A stretch of 56,813 bases of DNA from Limisphaerales bacterium. GTDB taxonomy: Bacteria; Verrucomicrobiota; Verrucomicrobiia; Limisphaerales; SIBE01. Location: contig JBGAIN010000008.1 in the NCBI GenBank assembly GCA_044225505.1, positions 62,001-118,813 of the forward strand, written 5' to 3'. The position numbers were made by a program, and so were the translations under genes. This document shows positions 17,691 through 27,500 of the stretch, piece by piece. The notes under the pieces were generated by a model. The model saw only the letters and a list, made by a program, of their open reading frames with translations, was not told where the DNA came from and ran no database searches. Each line of letters starts with the position of its first letter. The first letter of the stretch is position 1.

Positions 17691-19391
17691 ATGGCTGCTC
17701 CTACACCAGAGACAAAATCAGCTCCCCCCGCCGTGGATCTTGTTCGAGTAAAGGTCGACGGTGTGGCCGTTGAGATTCCCAAGCTCACCCCGGACTGGAG
17801 CGGAAAGCTTGTGCCGACGACCATGATCCAGGCATGCACGGCGGCCAAGATCGATGTGCCTCATTATTGTTACCACCCGAAACTGCCGGTGGCGGGCAAT
17901 TGCCGGATGTGTCTCGTCGAGTTCGGTACTCCGGCACTAGGTCCAGATCGAAAGCCCGTTCTGAACGCCGATGGTACGCCTAAAGTTGCGAAGTCGCCCC
18001 GTCCGGCCATCGCTTGCGCGACGCCCATATCGCCAGGCATGGAAATCTATACGACGACACCAGCGGTGAAGCAGATGCGCGAAGGCGTGTTGGAGTTCCT
18101 CCTTATTAACCATCCTTTAGATTGTCCAATTTGCGATCAGGCAGGTGAGTGCAAGCTCCAGGAGTATTCGGTTCAATATGGGCAGGCGGAGAGTCGTTTT
18201 GTGGAGGCAAAAGTGCACAAGCCGAAACGCGTGGATCTCGGGCCTCGAATCGTGCTCGACGACGAGCGCTGCATTCTGTGCACCCGTTGCATTCGTTTCA
18301 CGCGCGACATTGCTGGCGACGATGCGCTTGGGATCATTAACCGGGGGAGCTACAACACCCTGACCACGTATCCGGGGCGGAAGTTTGACAACAACTATAC
18401 GTTGAACACCGTTGATATCTGCCCGGTAGGAGCCCTGACTTCCAAAGATTTTCGATTCCAAATGCGGGTCTGGTTCTTGAAAGAGACCAAGAGTGTTTGC
18501 ACGAGCTGTGCGACGGGATGCAATGTGGTCATTGGTTCGCGCGAAAGTGCAATTTACCGTTACGAGCCCCGTGAAAATGAGGCGGTAAACAGCTGTTGGA
18601 TGTGCGATTACGGGCGTCTCAACTACAAGTGGATCAATCGTCCGGATCGTTTGACGACGGTAATCAGTTCCAGCACCAAGAATACCGGGCAGGGGAGTAA
18701 TTGGTGGACCGTCACCAAGGAAATCGGTGACCTTCTCAAGGTCGCCACGCCGGGCTCGGTCGCAGTCGTTGCTTCCGCGCGCCAAACAAACGAAGAGCTT
18801 TATCTCCTCCAAGTTTTGGCCAAAAGACTCGGTGCGCTTACGGATTCCGTTCCGCGACACGGGGAGGGAGATAAAATACTGTTAAGCACCGATCGCAACC
18901 CAAACGCGACGGGCGCCCGGTTGATCGGGGTGGCGGCGAATCCTATGGGTTCGGTGTTGCCCAAGATCGCAGAAGGGATAAGGGCTGGAACGATCAAAAC
19001 GTTAATCGTGTTTGGCGAGGACGTGACACGACACGGAATTGGAGTTGAGTTGCTAGGCCGGTTACAGACTTTGATTGTAAGCGATATCCTGCCTAATGCG
19101 ACGACCGCAGCTGCGCGTTACCTGCTTCCGGGTTGCGCTCATGCGGAAAAGCGTGGGTCCTTCACTAACGGGAAGGGCCGAGTACAAAAGTTTCTGAAGG
19201 CGATCGAACCTCCTGGAGAGGCGCGGCCGGAGTGGGAGTTTTTGCACGAATTGCTATTTAAGGTTTCGGATCAGAACGGCGTGGCTTCGATCGAAGGGTT
19301 GTTTAATCGCATGGCACAAGAAGTCCGAGCGTTCAAAGGACTAACTTGGGCTGGGCTAGGGGAAACAGGCACGAGCGTGCCTCTGGCGTGA
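17691..19391 (+). CDS. nuoG: NADH-quinone oxidoreductase subunit G (short, 566 aa)
   Basis: PHYCYHPKL...GNCRMC, HPLDCPICDQAGECKLQ, RCILCTRCIRF, CPVGAL, CTSCATGC. Confidence 0.93.
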   Translation: MAAPTPETKSAPPAVDLVRVKVDGVAVEIPKLTPDWSGKLVPTTMIQACTAAKIDVPHYCYHPKLPVAGNCRMCLVEFGTPALGPDRKPVLNADGTPKVAKSPRPAIACATPISPGMEIYTTTPAVKQMREGVLEFLLINHPLDCPICDQAGECKLQEYSVQYGQAESRFVEAKVHKPKRVDLGPRIVLDDERCILCTRCIRFTRDIAGDDALGIINRGSYNTLTTYPGRKFDNNYTLNTVDICPVGALTSKDFRFQMRVWFLKETKSVCTSCATGCNVVIGSRESAIYRYEPRENEAVNSCWMCDYGRLNYKWINRPDRLTTVISSSTKNTGQGSNWWTVTKEIGDLLKVATPGSVAVVASARQTNEELYLLQVLAKRLGALTDSVPRHGEGDKILLSTDRNPNATGARLIGVAANPMGSVLPKIAEGIRAGTIKTLIVFGEDVTRHGIGVELLGRLQTLIVSDILPNATTAAARYLLPGCAHAEKRGSFTNGKGRVQKFLKAIEPPGEARPEWEFLHELLFKVSDQNGVASIEGLFNRMAQEVRAFKGLTWAGLGETGTSVPLA

Positions 19392-19457
19392 GTTGTATGT
19401 GCATTTACAGTCAAACCTCCGAGGCGCTCGCCAGATTTGGCAAGGAACTTCCACGAC

Positions 19458-20513
19458 ATGACCTGGCTTAATCACTTTAGTAGTGCTCAGCAGTTTCTGC
19501 TTTTCAGCGCGGTCAAGATTCTTGGCGTCTTCGCGGTCATGATGACGATCGTCGCATATTCCGTTTACGTGGAACGTCGCGTGGCGGCGTTAATTCAAGA
19601 TCGCTTAGGTCCAAATCGAGTTGGGCCGTTTGGATTGCTTCAGCCCTTAGCCGACGCGGTCAAAGCCTTTCTCAAAGAGGACTTCACTCCGGCTTACGTT
19701 CGAAAAGGATACTATTGGCTGGCTCCCGCCGTGGTCATGATTCCGAGTTTGCTGACAATCGCGGTCATCCCCTTTGGATCGACCCTAGGCGGCCAAAAGA
19801 TGGTTATTGCCGATTTGAATGTGGGAATCTTATACACCTTTGGCATTGTGTCCTTGGGGGTTTACGGAATTGTCCTGGCCGGTTACGCAGCGAATTCGAA
19901 GTACCCATTCTTGGGCGGTATTCGATCGAGTGCGCAGCTGATTTCGTATGAAATCGCCATGGGAATGTCTGTAATTCCGGTTTTCTTGCTCGTGGGAAGC
20001 CTCAATCTCAGCCAAGTGATTTCGTATCAGGCTCACGGCTTGTTCAGTTGGTTGATCTTTAAACAACCGCTCGCGTTTGTCATTTTTGTCGGCGCCGCCT
20101 TTGCTGAGACTAACCGACTCCCGTTTGACCTGCCGGAATCCGAACAAGAGTTGGCTGGGGGGTACAACGTGGAGTACAGCTCAATGAAATTCGCCCTCTT
20201 TTTCATGGGAGAGTATGCCAATATGACAGCGGCTTCGGCCATGATGGTGACCCTCTTTCTCGGAGGTTGGACGTTGCCGATCTTCGGTCTAGATCAGCCG
20301 GCCACAAGCGTCGCGATGGGACTGGCGCAAATCGGTGTGTTTCTTGGGAAGATGTTGGCGATTCTCTTTGTCATCATTTGGATACGGTGGATGCTGCCTC
20401 GGTTTCGCTACGACCAACTGATGAACCTGGGTTGGCGGCGGTTTATCCCGCTAGCATTGGCAAATATTGTCCTTACAGCCACTTGGCTCTGGCTACGGCC
20501 TATTTCCGCATGA
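19458..20513 (+). CDS. nuoH: NADH-quinone oxidoreductase subunit H
   Basis: ERRVAALIQDRLGPNRVGPFGLLQPLADAVK, ETNRLPFDLPESEQEL, PRFRYDQLM. Confidence 0.96.
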   Translation: MTWLNHFSSAQQFLLFSAVKILGVFAVMMTIVAYSVYVERRVAALIQDRLGPNRVGPFGLLQPLADAVKAFLKEDFTPAYVRKGYYWLAPAVVMIPSLLTIAVIPFGSTLGGQKMVIADLNVGILYTFGIVSLGVYGIVLAGYAANSKYPFLGGIRSSAQLISYEIAMGMSVIPVFLLVGSLNLSQVISYQAHGLFSWLIFKQPLAFVIFVGAAFAETNRLPFDLPESEQELAGGYNVEYSSMKFALFFMGEYANMTAASAMMVTLFLGGWTLPIFGLDQPATSVAMGLAQIGVFLGKMLAILFVIIWIRWMLPRFRYDQLMNLGWRRFIPLALANIVLTATWLWLRPISA

Positions 20514-21043
20514 TTGTTGAACGCAAAGCCCTGAGCTTCTGGGAGCGCCTTTATCTGCCGGCACTAATCGGCGGGTTTAGAGTCACGTTGCGCCACTTCT
20601 TCAAAAAGAAGGTGACGATGCAATATCCAGAAGAGCGTTGGGTCGTTCCCGAAGGTTACCGAGGCGCGCCTTACCTCGTGCGCGACCAGAAGAACCGAAC
20701 AAAATGTGTCTCGTGTCAGCTCTGCGAGTTTGTTTGTCCACCGAAAGCGATTCGCATCACCCCGCCCGGCCCAGAAGGGGCTCCGGAAGCGGGCAACGTG
20801 GAGAAGGCGCCGAAAGAATTTGAGATCAACATGCTGCGGTGCATTTTCTGCGGCTATTGCCAGGAGGTCTGCCCGGAAGAAGCGATTTTCCTGATGAAAG
20901 ACTATTCCCTCACCGGGACCAACCGGGCAGAGATGATTTACAACAAAGAGAAACTGCTGGCGTTAGGGGGTGTGCATCAGGATACAATTCGCAAGTGGCA
21001 ACGGAAAGCCGACGAAGCGAAAGCGCAGGGCGTTTCCCCATAA
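20510..21043 (+). CDS. nuoI: NADH-quinone oxidoreductase subunit I
   Basis: TMQYPEE; two 4Fe-4S motifs CVSCQLCEFVCP and CIFCGYCQEVCP; ATGA overlap with nuoH. Confidence 0.96.
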   Translation: MIVERKALSFWERLYLPALIGGFRVTLRHFFKKKVTMQYPEERWVVPEGYRGAPYLVRDQKNRTKCVSCQLCEFVCPPKAIRITPPGPEGAPEAGNVEKAPKEFEINMLRCIFCGYCQEVCPEEAIFLMKDYSLTGTNRAEMIYNKEKLLALGGVHQDTIRKWQRKADEAKAQGVSP

Positions 21044-21113
21044 GTCAGGATCGTTCGTGCAGCGGCCGTTCGGAGCGAATCTCTAGAGCAGCCGTCGCAA
21101 CGTTTGAAGGTCA

Positions 21114-21614
21114 ATGCAGGACTTATTTTTCTACTTGTTTGCAGCTGCAACCTTGATTTGCGGCGTGCTCGTGGTGGCCAATCCGTTCAGTCGGAATCCG
21201 GTCACCAGCGCGATGTTTTTGGTCCTGACGATCGTTTCCATGGCGGGGTTGTTTGTGTTGTTGCACGCCTTCTTTCTGGCGGCTGTGCAGGTTCTGGTCT
21301 ACGCCGGCGCGGTGATGGTGTTGTTCCTTTTCGTCATTATGCTGCTGGATCTCAAAGAAGAAGAACAGCGAAAGATCAAGCGAGTGGGAGCTTTCTTGGG
21401 CGTCGTCACTGTCGCTGTGATTTACGCGATCTTTCTGCAAGCTTTTGGCAGAGCACCGGTCCATGCCGCGCCCGTCGCGGAGCTTGAGGGATCGACGGCG
21501 AATTTAGGCCGCGCACTCTTTACGGAGTACCTGCTTCCGTTTGAAATCATTTCCATTTTGCTGTTGGTCGCAATGGTGGGCGTCATTCTTTTGAGCAAAA
21601 AGGAATCCAAGTGA
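21114..21614 (+). CDS. nuoJ: NADH-quinone oxidoreductase subunit J
   Basis: QVLVYAGAVMVLFLFVIMLL, YLLPFEIISILLLVAMVG. Confidence 0.95.
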   Translation: MQDLFFYLFAAATLICGVLVVANPFSRNPVTSAMFLVLTIVSMAGLFVLLHAFFLAAVQVLVYAGAVMVLFLFVIMLLDLKEEEQRKIKRVGAFLGVVTVAVIYAIFLQAFGRAPVHAAPVAELEGSTANLGRALFTEYLLPFEIISILLLVAMVGVILLSKKESK

Positions 21615-21916
21615 ACGTTGGGCTGGGTCAATACCTCGTTGTTAGTGCGCTTCTTTTCAGTTTGGGGCTGCTTGGCGTGGTGATGCGGCGTAATTTGTTG
21701 GTCATTTACATGTCTCTGGAGCTCATGCTCAACGCGGCTAATCTGGCGCTAGTCGCCATGTCTCGTTTTAACAATAACCTCAACGGCCAGGTTATGGTCT
21801 TCTTCGTCATTACGGTCGCGGCGGCGGAAGTCTCGGTAGGACTTGCCCTGATTGTGGCGCTCTATCGCAAGCGTCAGGCAGCGCATGTCGAAGACCTCAC
21901 GACCATGAAGCTCTGA
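21611..21916 (+). CDS. nuoK: NADH-quinone oxidoreductase subunit K
   Basis: RRNLLVIYMSLELMLNAANL, VAAAEVSVGLAL. Confidence 0.95.
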   Translation: MNVGLGQYLVVSALLFSLGLLGVVMRRNLLVIYMSLELMLNAANLALVAMSRFNNNLNGQVMVFFVITVAAAEVSVGLALIVALYRKRQAAHVEDLTTMKL

Positions 21917-21921
21917 CACCT

Positions 21922-23796
21922 ATGCCCGCTGCTGTTGCTAACTTGGCTTGGCTTGTTCTATTTCTGCCGCTGCTAGCGGCAGTGGGAATCACGCTCTTTA
22001 CCCTGCGCGACCCGCGGCGCAGTGCCGGACTTTCGATCGCTGCTGTTTTGGCGGCCTTCGTTTGCAGTCTCGCGCTCTTTCGGTTTCAGCCGCTGGACGG
22101 GCCAGCTACTGAGGTTGCCGTGGACTGGTTGTCCGTTGGAGCATTGCATGTTCCGTTCGGGATCCGGCTGGATGCCCTCAGCTTGATGATGCTGTTGATT
22201 GTCACGGGTGTCGGAAGCGTTATTCACATCTACTCTTACGGTTATATGCAGGGTGACCGGAGTTTTGCCCGCTTTTTCGCCAGCCTTAGTCTTTTCACGT
22301 TCTCGATGCTCGGAATCGTGCTCTCGAACAACCTGCTGGAAATGTTCATTTTCTGGGAACTGGTCGGCATGTCGAGTTACCTGCTGATCGGATTCTGGCA
22401 CGAGCGGCCCGCGGCGGCCGATGCTGCCAAGAAAGCTTTTCTGACCAATCGATTGGGAGACTTCGGGTTTCTCCTGGGCATTATCTTGGTTTGGGCAACC
22501 TTGGGTTCATTGAGTTTTGCCGAACTGACTGGCAAGCTCCAGGCGACGCCCGGCGCCCTTGGTTCCCTGGCGACAGTGGCAGGCCTTTTGATCTTTTGCG
22601 GTGCCGTGGGAAAATCAGCCCAATTTCCGCTCCATGTTTGGCTCCCGGACGCCATGGAAGGTCCGACACCCGTGAGCGCGTTGATTCACGCTGCCACCAT
22701 GGTGGCGGCGGGAGTCTACATGCTCTGCCGAACCTTCTTCCTGTTCAATACCCCGGCGTTGGAAGTTATCGCGTGGATTGGCGGGATTACCGCGTTGCTC
22801 GCGGCGGTAATCGCCGTGCAGCAAAACGACATCAAACGCATTCTCGCTTATTCCACGCTTTCGCAATTAGGCTATATGGTGATGGCTGTAGGTCTGGCAG
22901 GTCCGGGAGTTGCCATGTATCACCTCACGACTCACGCATTTTTCAAGGCGCTGTTATTCTTGGCAGCGGGCTCGGTGATTCATGGGCTTCACCACGAACA
23001 GAATATTTGGAAGATGGGCGGGCTTCACTCGAAGATGCCTGTGACCTTTTGGACTTTCTTGACTGGCACTCTGGCTCTGGCGGGGGTTCCGCCATTCAGC
23101 GGGTTCTACAGCAAAGACGATGTTTTGGCGGCTGCTTACCATCACACCATGCCACTGTTTGTCCTCGGCGCGGTAGTGGCTGTGTTGACCACGTTCTACA
23201 TGTTGCGACTGCTGGCGGTGGCGTTTCTAGGTGCGCCTCGATCGGCTGCAGCGGAACATGCCCATGAGTCTCCCGGGGTAATGACCGGGCCGCTGCTGCT
23301 CTTGGCTGTGCCATCAGTCTTCGCCGGTCTTTGGAATATCGCTCCGATATACGCGCGCCAGTTTGGAGGAGGCGCGGGCGCTGAGAACGTCGGATTATTC
23401 CAACGGTTGGTCGCTCCGTTTCATCATGCGCCGTTTGTTGCGCTCGTCGGCATCGGAGCCGTGATCATGGGTGCTGTCTTGGCGTGGAGCCTCTACGGGA
23501 ATGCCAAACAAGATCCTCTGCCGCAACGCCTGGGAGCATTGGCCAGCGCGATGCGGGATCGCTTTTACTTCGACGAACTTTACGAGCGCTTGATCGCCGC
23601 AACGCAGGAATCTCTCGCCACGCTCGCCGCGGCGGTGGATCGATGGATCATCGCTGGGTTGCTTGTGCGCGGTGTTCATGGCAGCACGGAATTCATCGGG
23701 CGCACCCTGCGCCTGGTTCAGACCGGTAATTTGCAGACGTATGCCTTTTTATTTGCGGCAGGCGTGGCGCTTCTGCTGCTCTTTATGCTGCGGTAA
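21922..23796 (+). CDS. nuoL: NADH-quinone oxidoreductase subunit L
   Basis: GKSAQFPLHVWLPDAMEGPTPVSALIHAATMV, DIKRILAYSTLSQLGYM. Confidence 0.96.
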   Translation: MPAAVANLAWLVLFLPLLAAVGITLFTLRDPRRSAGLSIAAVLAAFVCSLALFRFQPLDGPATEVAVDWLSVGALHVPFGIRLDALSLMMLLIVTGVGSVIHIYSYGYMQGDRSFARFFASLSLFTFSMLGIVLSNNLLEMFIFWELVGMSSYLLIGFWHERPAAADAAKKAFLTNRLGDFGFLLGIILVWATLGSLSFAELTGKLQATPGALGSLATVAGLLIFCGAVGKSAQFPLHVWLPDAMEGPTPVSALIHAATMVAAGVYMLCRTFFLFNTPALEVIAWIGGITALLAAVIAVQQNDIKRILAYSTLSQLGYMVMAVGLAGPGVAMYHLTTHAFFKALLFLAAGSVIHGLHHEQNIWKMGGLHSKMPVTFWTFLTGTLALAGVPPFSGFYSKDDVLAAAYHHTMPLFVLGAVVAVLTTFYMLRLLAVAFLGAPRSAAAEHAHESPGVMTGPLLLLAVPSVFAGLWNIAPIYARQFGGGAGAENVGLFQRLVAPFHHAPFVALVGIGAVIMGAVLAWSLYGNAKQDPLPQRLGALASAMRDRFYFDELYERLIAATQESLATLAAAVDRWIIAGLLVRGVHGSTEFIGRTLRLVQTGNLQTYAFLFAAGVALLLLFMLR

Positions 23797-23799
23797 CCA

Positions 23800-25335
23800 A
23801 TGTCTACGCTTACCTTCATTCTGTTGATTCCGTTGCTGGCCGCCGTCATGACGGCCTTGATACCGCGTAATTACCAATTTGGCATCCGCGTGGTGGCGAT
23901 CCTGGCCACTTTTGTATCAATGCTGCTGGCGATCAAGGCGTTCGTGTTTTTTCCTTCAGGCGGGACGGGATATTATTATGTGCAACGGTTCAGTTGGGTG
24001 GAGTCGTTAGGGATAAGCTATCATGTCGGAGCAGACGGTCTTAACATCGGCTTGATTCTCATGGGGGCGGTCGTGGCCTTTGCCGCTACGTGTGCTTCCT
24101 GGGACATCCAGGAGCGGCAGAAGGAGTTCTATATCCTGCTTTTGGTCATGGCCGGCGGCATTCTGGGTGCGTTCGCTTCGTTGGATCTCTTTTTCTTCTT
24201 CTTTTTCCACGAACTAGCCCTCATTCCCACTTTCATTATGATCGGCGTTTGGGGGCGCGGACGCGATAAGAACTACGCGGCTTTCCAAATGACGCTGTAT
24301 CTCACTTTGGGCGCGCTCTTCGCGCTGGTAGGCTTGGTAGCCCTTTACTTGCAAGCGGGAGGTCGGACGTTCGACATGGTGGACCTGACGCAGCAACTGG
24401 CCACGACTCCGCTTTCGGCTCAAGCGCAACATAGGATCTTTCCATTTCTGTTGTTCGGTTTCGGCATCCTTGTTTCCCTGTGGCCGTTTCACACTTGGGC
24501 GCCTCTGGGATACGGATCTGCGCCAACGGCCACGGCCATGTTGCATGCCGGCGTTCTGAAGAAGTTTGGACTTTACGGTCTAATTCGAGTGGCGTTGCCG
24601 TTATTGCCGGAGGCGGCGCGTTCCTGGATGCCACTGCTCACGTGGCTTTGTTTAGGAAACATCCTTTACGTGGGTTTAGTAGCATTAAGGCAAAAGAACT
24701 TAAATCTGCTCATCGGCAACTCGAGTGTGGCGCATATGGGCTTTGCGTTCCTCGGTATCGCCAGCCTGAGCCTTGTCGGCATCACAGGAACGGTCGTGGT
24801 GATGGTGGCTCACGGTTTCCTGGCGGCGCTGACGTTTGCTATCAGCGGGTATTTGTATCAGCACACCGGCACGCTCGAAATGAACGAGATGGGCGGGTTG
24901 CTGCGCCGATTGCCATTCATTGGGACAGCGCTTGTTATGGCCGCGCTCGCGGGCTGCGGCTTGCCCGGGTTCGCTAACTTCGTCGGCGAAGTGATGGTTT
25001 TTTTCGCGGCCTGGGAAACGGCGCGTTGGGTCACGGTGTTAGCCATTTGGGGCGGGTTGTTGATTGGCGCCGTCTATATGCTGCGGGCCGTTCGTGCCAT
25101 TTTGCATGGAGAACTAGCCGACCGTTGGGCGTCGCTTGACGACGCGAGCTCTGTTTGGCGCCGTTTGCCGTTCGCGCTTTTGCTAACCGGTTTGCTCCTG
25201 TTTGGGTTCGTGCCGAGGCTCTTGACGGACAAGATCAAGCCGGTAGCGCAACAGATCGTTGTGGCCACTGGGGGTGAGAAAAGCGCATTGCCAGACATCA
25301 AGACCGTTCAGGTGAACCGTCCCGGAGTTCAATGA
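23800..25335 (+). CDS. nuoM: NADH-quinone oxidoreductase subunit M
   Basis: Multi-TM; DLFFFFFFHELALIP, PFHTWAP, SSVAHMG, GLPGFANFVGE; lies between nuoL and nuoN. Confidence 0.94.
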   Translation: MSTLTFILLIPLLAAVMTALIPRNYQFGIRVVAILATFVSMLLAIKAFVFFPSGGTGYYYVQRFSWVESLGISYHVGADGLNIGLILMGAVVAFAATCASWDIQERQKEFYILLLVMAGGILGAFASLDLFFFFFFHELALIPTFIMIGVWGRGRDKNYAAFQMTLYLTLGALFALVGLVALYLQAGGRTFDMVDLTQQLATTPLSAQAQHRIFPFLLFGFGILVSLWPFHTWAPLGYGSAPTATAMLHAGVLKKFGLYGLIRVALPLLPEAARSWMPLLTWLCLGNILYVGLVALRQKNLNLLIGNSSVAHMGFAFLGIASLSLVGITGTVVVMVAHGFLAALTFAISGYLYQHTGTLEMNEMGGLLRRLPFIGTALVMAALAGCGLPGFANFVGEVMVFFAAWETARWVTVLAIWGGLLIGAVYMLRAVRAILHGELADRWASLDDASSVWRRLPFALLLTGLLLFGFVPRLLTDKIKPVAQQIVVATGGEKSALPDIKTVQVNRPGVQ

Positions 25336-25362
25336 CCCCTTTGATTCCACGGCTTAGATGAC

Positions 25363-26859
25363 ATGAACATTTCCGTCACCATCTTGGAAATTGCCGTAGT
25401 TCTTCTTGCACTTGGGGTGCTATTGGCTGACCTGTGGCTTCCACCCAGTTCCCGGAAGCTGCTTGGATACGGAGCGGCTTTCGGTCTTGGACTGATTTTG
25501 ATCAGCAGCTTTCTTCTGCAAGGGGACCCAGTCCGATTTGCTTTCGGGCATTTGTACGTGTTGGACAACCTTTCCCTGTTCTTCAAGCGATTCTTCCTTT
25601 TGGCCGCCATCTTGGTCGTGATCATGACGGTCGAGTTTGCGGATCGGATACACTCAGGGCTTTCGGAGTACTTTGCGCTGACGCTTTTTGCTCTTACCGG
25701 CATGATGTTCGCCGCGTCCGCGAACGACTTCATGATGGTGTTCGCGTCACTTGAGTTGATCACCGTCACATTCTATGTGTTGACCAGTTTCCAACGTTCC
25801 AAGCTTGTCTCGCTCGAGGCGGGAGTGAAGTATCTGATTTTGGGGGCCCTTTCGACCGCTTTTACGGTCTATGGCATTGCTTTAATCTTTGGGACTGCCA
25901 ACTCCACGAGTTTCGAAAAGATATTCGCAAGCAACGGTTCATTTGCCGGAGACCCATTATTCCTTCTGGGATTGCTCCTCGTGCTAGTGGGGCTTGGCTT
26001 CAAGATTGCCGCGTTTCCATTCCAAATCTGGGCTCCGGACGTTTATCAGGGAGCTCCCGTCCCAACGACGTCGTTTCTCGCGGTTGGATCGAAAGCGGCC
26101 GGATTTGTGTTGCTCTTGAGGATCCTTTTCGGGGCAGTGCCGCAAGTGACGTACGGCTGGACGAAGCTTCTCATGCTGATCTCGGCCGTGACGTTGCTCT
26201 ATGGCAATCTTTGTGCAATTCCTCAGCGCAACCTCAAGCGGCTGTTGGGCTACTCGAGCATTGCGCACGCTGGATATCTGTTGCTTGGCGTCACGGCGAT
26301 GAGCCTCGCTGGGTCATCGGCCGTGCTTTACTATCTGACGGGTTATCTGTTCACCGTGTTGGCGGCATTCACCGTCATTTGCATTGTGATGCGAGAAGTG
26401 GATGGAGAAGATATTTCCGCTATCGCGGGGCTGCACCAACGTTCCCCTTTACTTGCGGCGAGTCTAGCGCTGGCCATGATTTCGCTGGCGGGCATCCCTC
26501 CGCTCGCTGGCTTTTTCGGGAAATTCCTGCTGATTCGTGCGCTGCTGGAGCGGGGTGCGCTTGAGCCCGTTTACTACTGGCTCATCGCGATCGCAATTGT
26601 CGGCGTGGTCATTTCCTTCTACTACTATTTGGGAGTCGTCCGCGCCATCTATTGGGCGGAAGGCAGTCCGTCGCTCACTGGACTGACGCTTTCCCGACCG
26701 ACGCGTGTGAGTCTTTACGTCTGCCTGGCCGGAATGCTTTACCTTGGATTGTATCCAAATCCGATCGTTGCGGCTTCGAATCGCGCGGTTAGCTCTCTCA
26801 ACTTTGCACCTGGGCCGTCGGCGGCGGCGCAACATGCCAGCGTCGAGCCCGGAAAGTAG
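25363..26859 (+). CDS. nuoN: NADH-quinone oxidoreductase subunit N
   Basis: EAGVKYLILGA, FKIAAFPFQIWAPDVYQGAP, KRLLGYSSIAHAGY, SLAGIPPLAGFFGK. Confidence 0.95.
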   Translation: MNISVTILEIAVVLLALGVLLADLWLPPSSRKLLGYGAAFGLGLILISSFLLQGDPVRFAFGHLYVLDNLSLFFKRFFLLAAILVVIMTVEFADRIHSGLSEYFALTLFALTGMMFAASANDFMMVFASLELITVTFYVLTSFQRSKLVSLEAGVKYLILGALSTAFTVYGIALIFGTANSTSFEKIFASNGSFAGDPLFLLGLLLVLVGLGFKIAAFPFQIWAPDVYQGAPVPTTSFLAVGSKAAGFVLLLRILFGAVPQVTYGWTKLLMLISAVTLLYGNLCAIPQRNLKRLLGYSSIAHAGYLLLGVTAMSLAGSSAVLYYLTGYLFTVLAAFTVICIVMREVDGEDISAIAGLHQRSPLLAASLALAMISLAGIPPLAGFFGKFLLIRALLERGALEPVYYWLIAIAIVGVVISFYYYLGVVRAIYWAEGSPSLTGLTLSRPTRVSLYVCLAGMLYLGLYPNPIVAASNRAVSSLNFAPGPSAAAQHASVEPGK

Positions 26860-26866
26860 CGTTCGG

Positions 26867-27484
26867 TTAGAGCCGCTCGGGGATCGGAATCGTTAGCACC
26901 TGGCCAACGCGAATTCGGTCAGCGGTCAAGCCAGGGTTAGCCCTCTCGATTTGTTCCACGGTCAGCCTCGGAAGGTTTTGTTTTTCCAGGACCTCGTTCC
27001 AACGGTAAAGCACCTTCAGCAGCGTATCGCCCTGTTGCACGCGATACTTTTCGTAACGCCCGGCGATCCGGTGCTGATTAGTTTCTGGAGAGACGAGCTC
27101 AGGCTCGCGTTGCGACAAAATTCCCTGCAGTAATCGACACGCGTTCTGGGTATTCGCGTCGGTGTTTGCTTCCAGGAGCTTCTGCAACTCTTCGACCTTG
27201 CGCTGTGTGGATTCGATTTGTGCGCGACTGATGCTGTTGCTTCGAAAATGTTGGAGTTCGCTAACCTCCCGACGCAGAACGTCCAAGTGCTGCAACATCA
27301 GCTGCTGTTGTTGCACGATCAGATCCTGGGTTTCGGCCAGGTTTTTCAGTTTCGCCGTCAACAGAACATATTGTTCTTGGACGGCCAACTCGCGCGGCAG
27401 TTCCGAGGTGGCGTTGGAACGCGCTGGCTGCGCCAGCGCAGAGGCTGACAGGACGAACATCGGGACGAAGAGAATCGCTTTCAT
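26867..27484 (-). CDS. Secreted coiled-coil protein with C-terminal LysM domain
   Basis: Signal peptide; Q/L/E-rich heptads; YRVQQGDTL...IERANPGL..RIRVGQVLTIP. Confidence 0.8.
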   Translation of the reverse strand: MKAILFVPMFVLSASALAQPARSNATSELPRELAVQEQYVLLTAKLKNLAETQDLIVQQQQLMLQHLDVLRREVSELQHFRSNSISRAQIESTQRKVEELQKLLEANTDANTQNACRLLQGILSQREPELVSPETNQHRIAGRYEKYRVQQGDTLLKVLYRWNEVLEKQNLPRLTVEQIERANPGLTADRIRVGQVLTIPIPERL

Positions 27485-27500
27485 GCAACGCTTTGCTCAA

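Noticed and set aside
21020..21113. Possible frameshift at the nuoI 3' end (GTTTCCCCATAA)
   Set aside because: All Fe-S motifs precede it, the length is normal, and the alternative frame would run into nuoJ.
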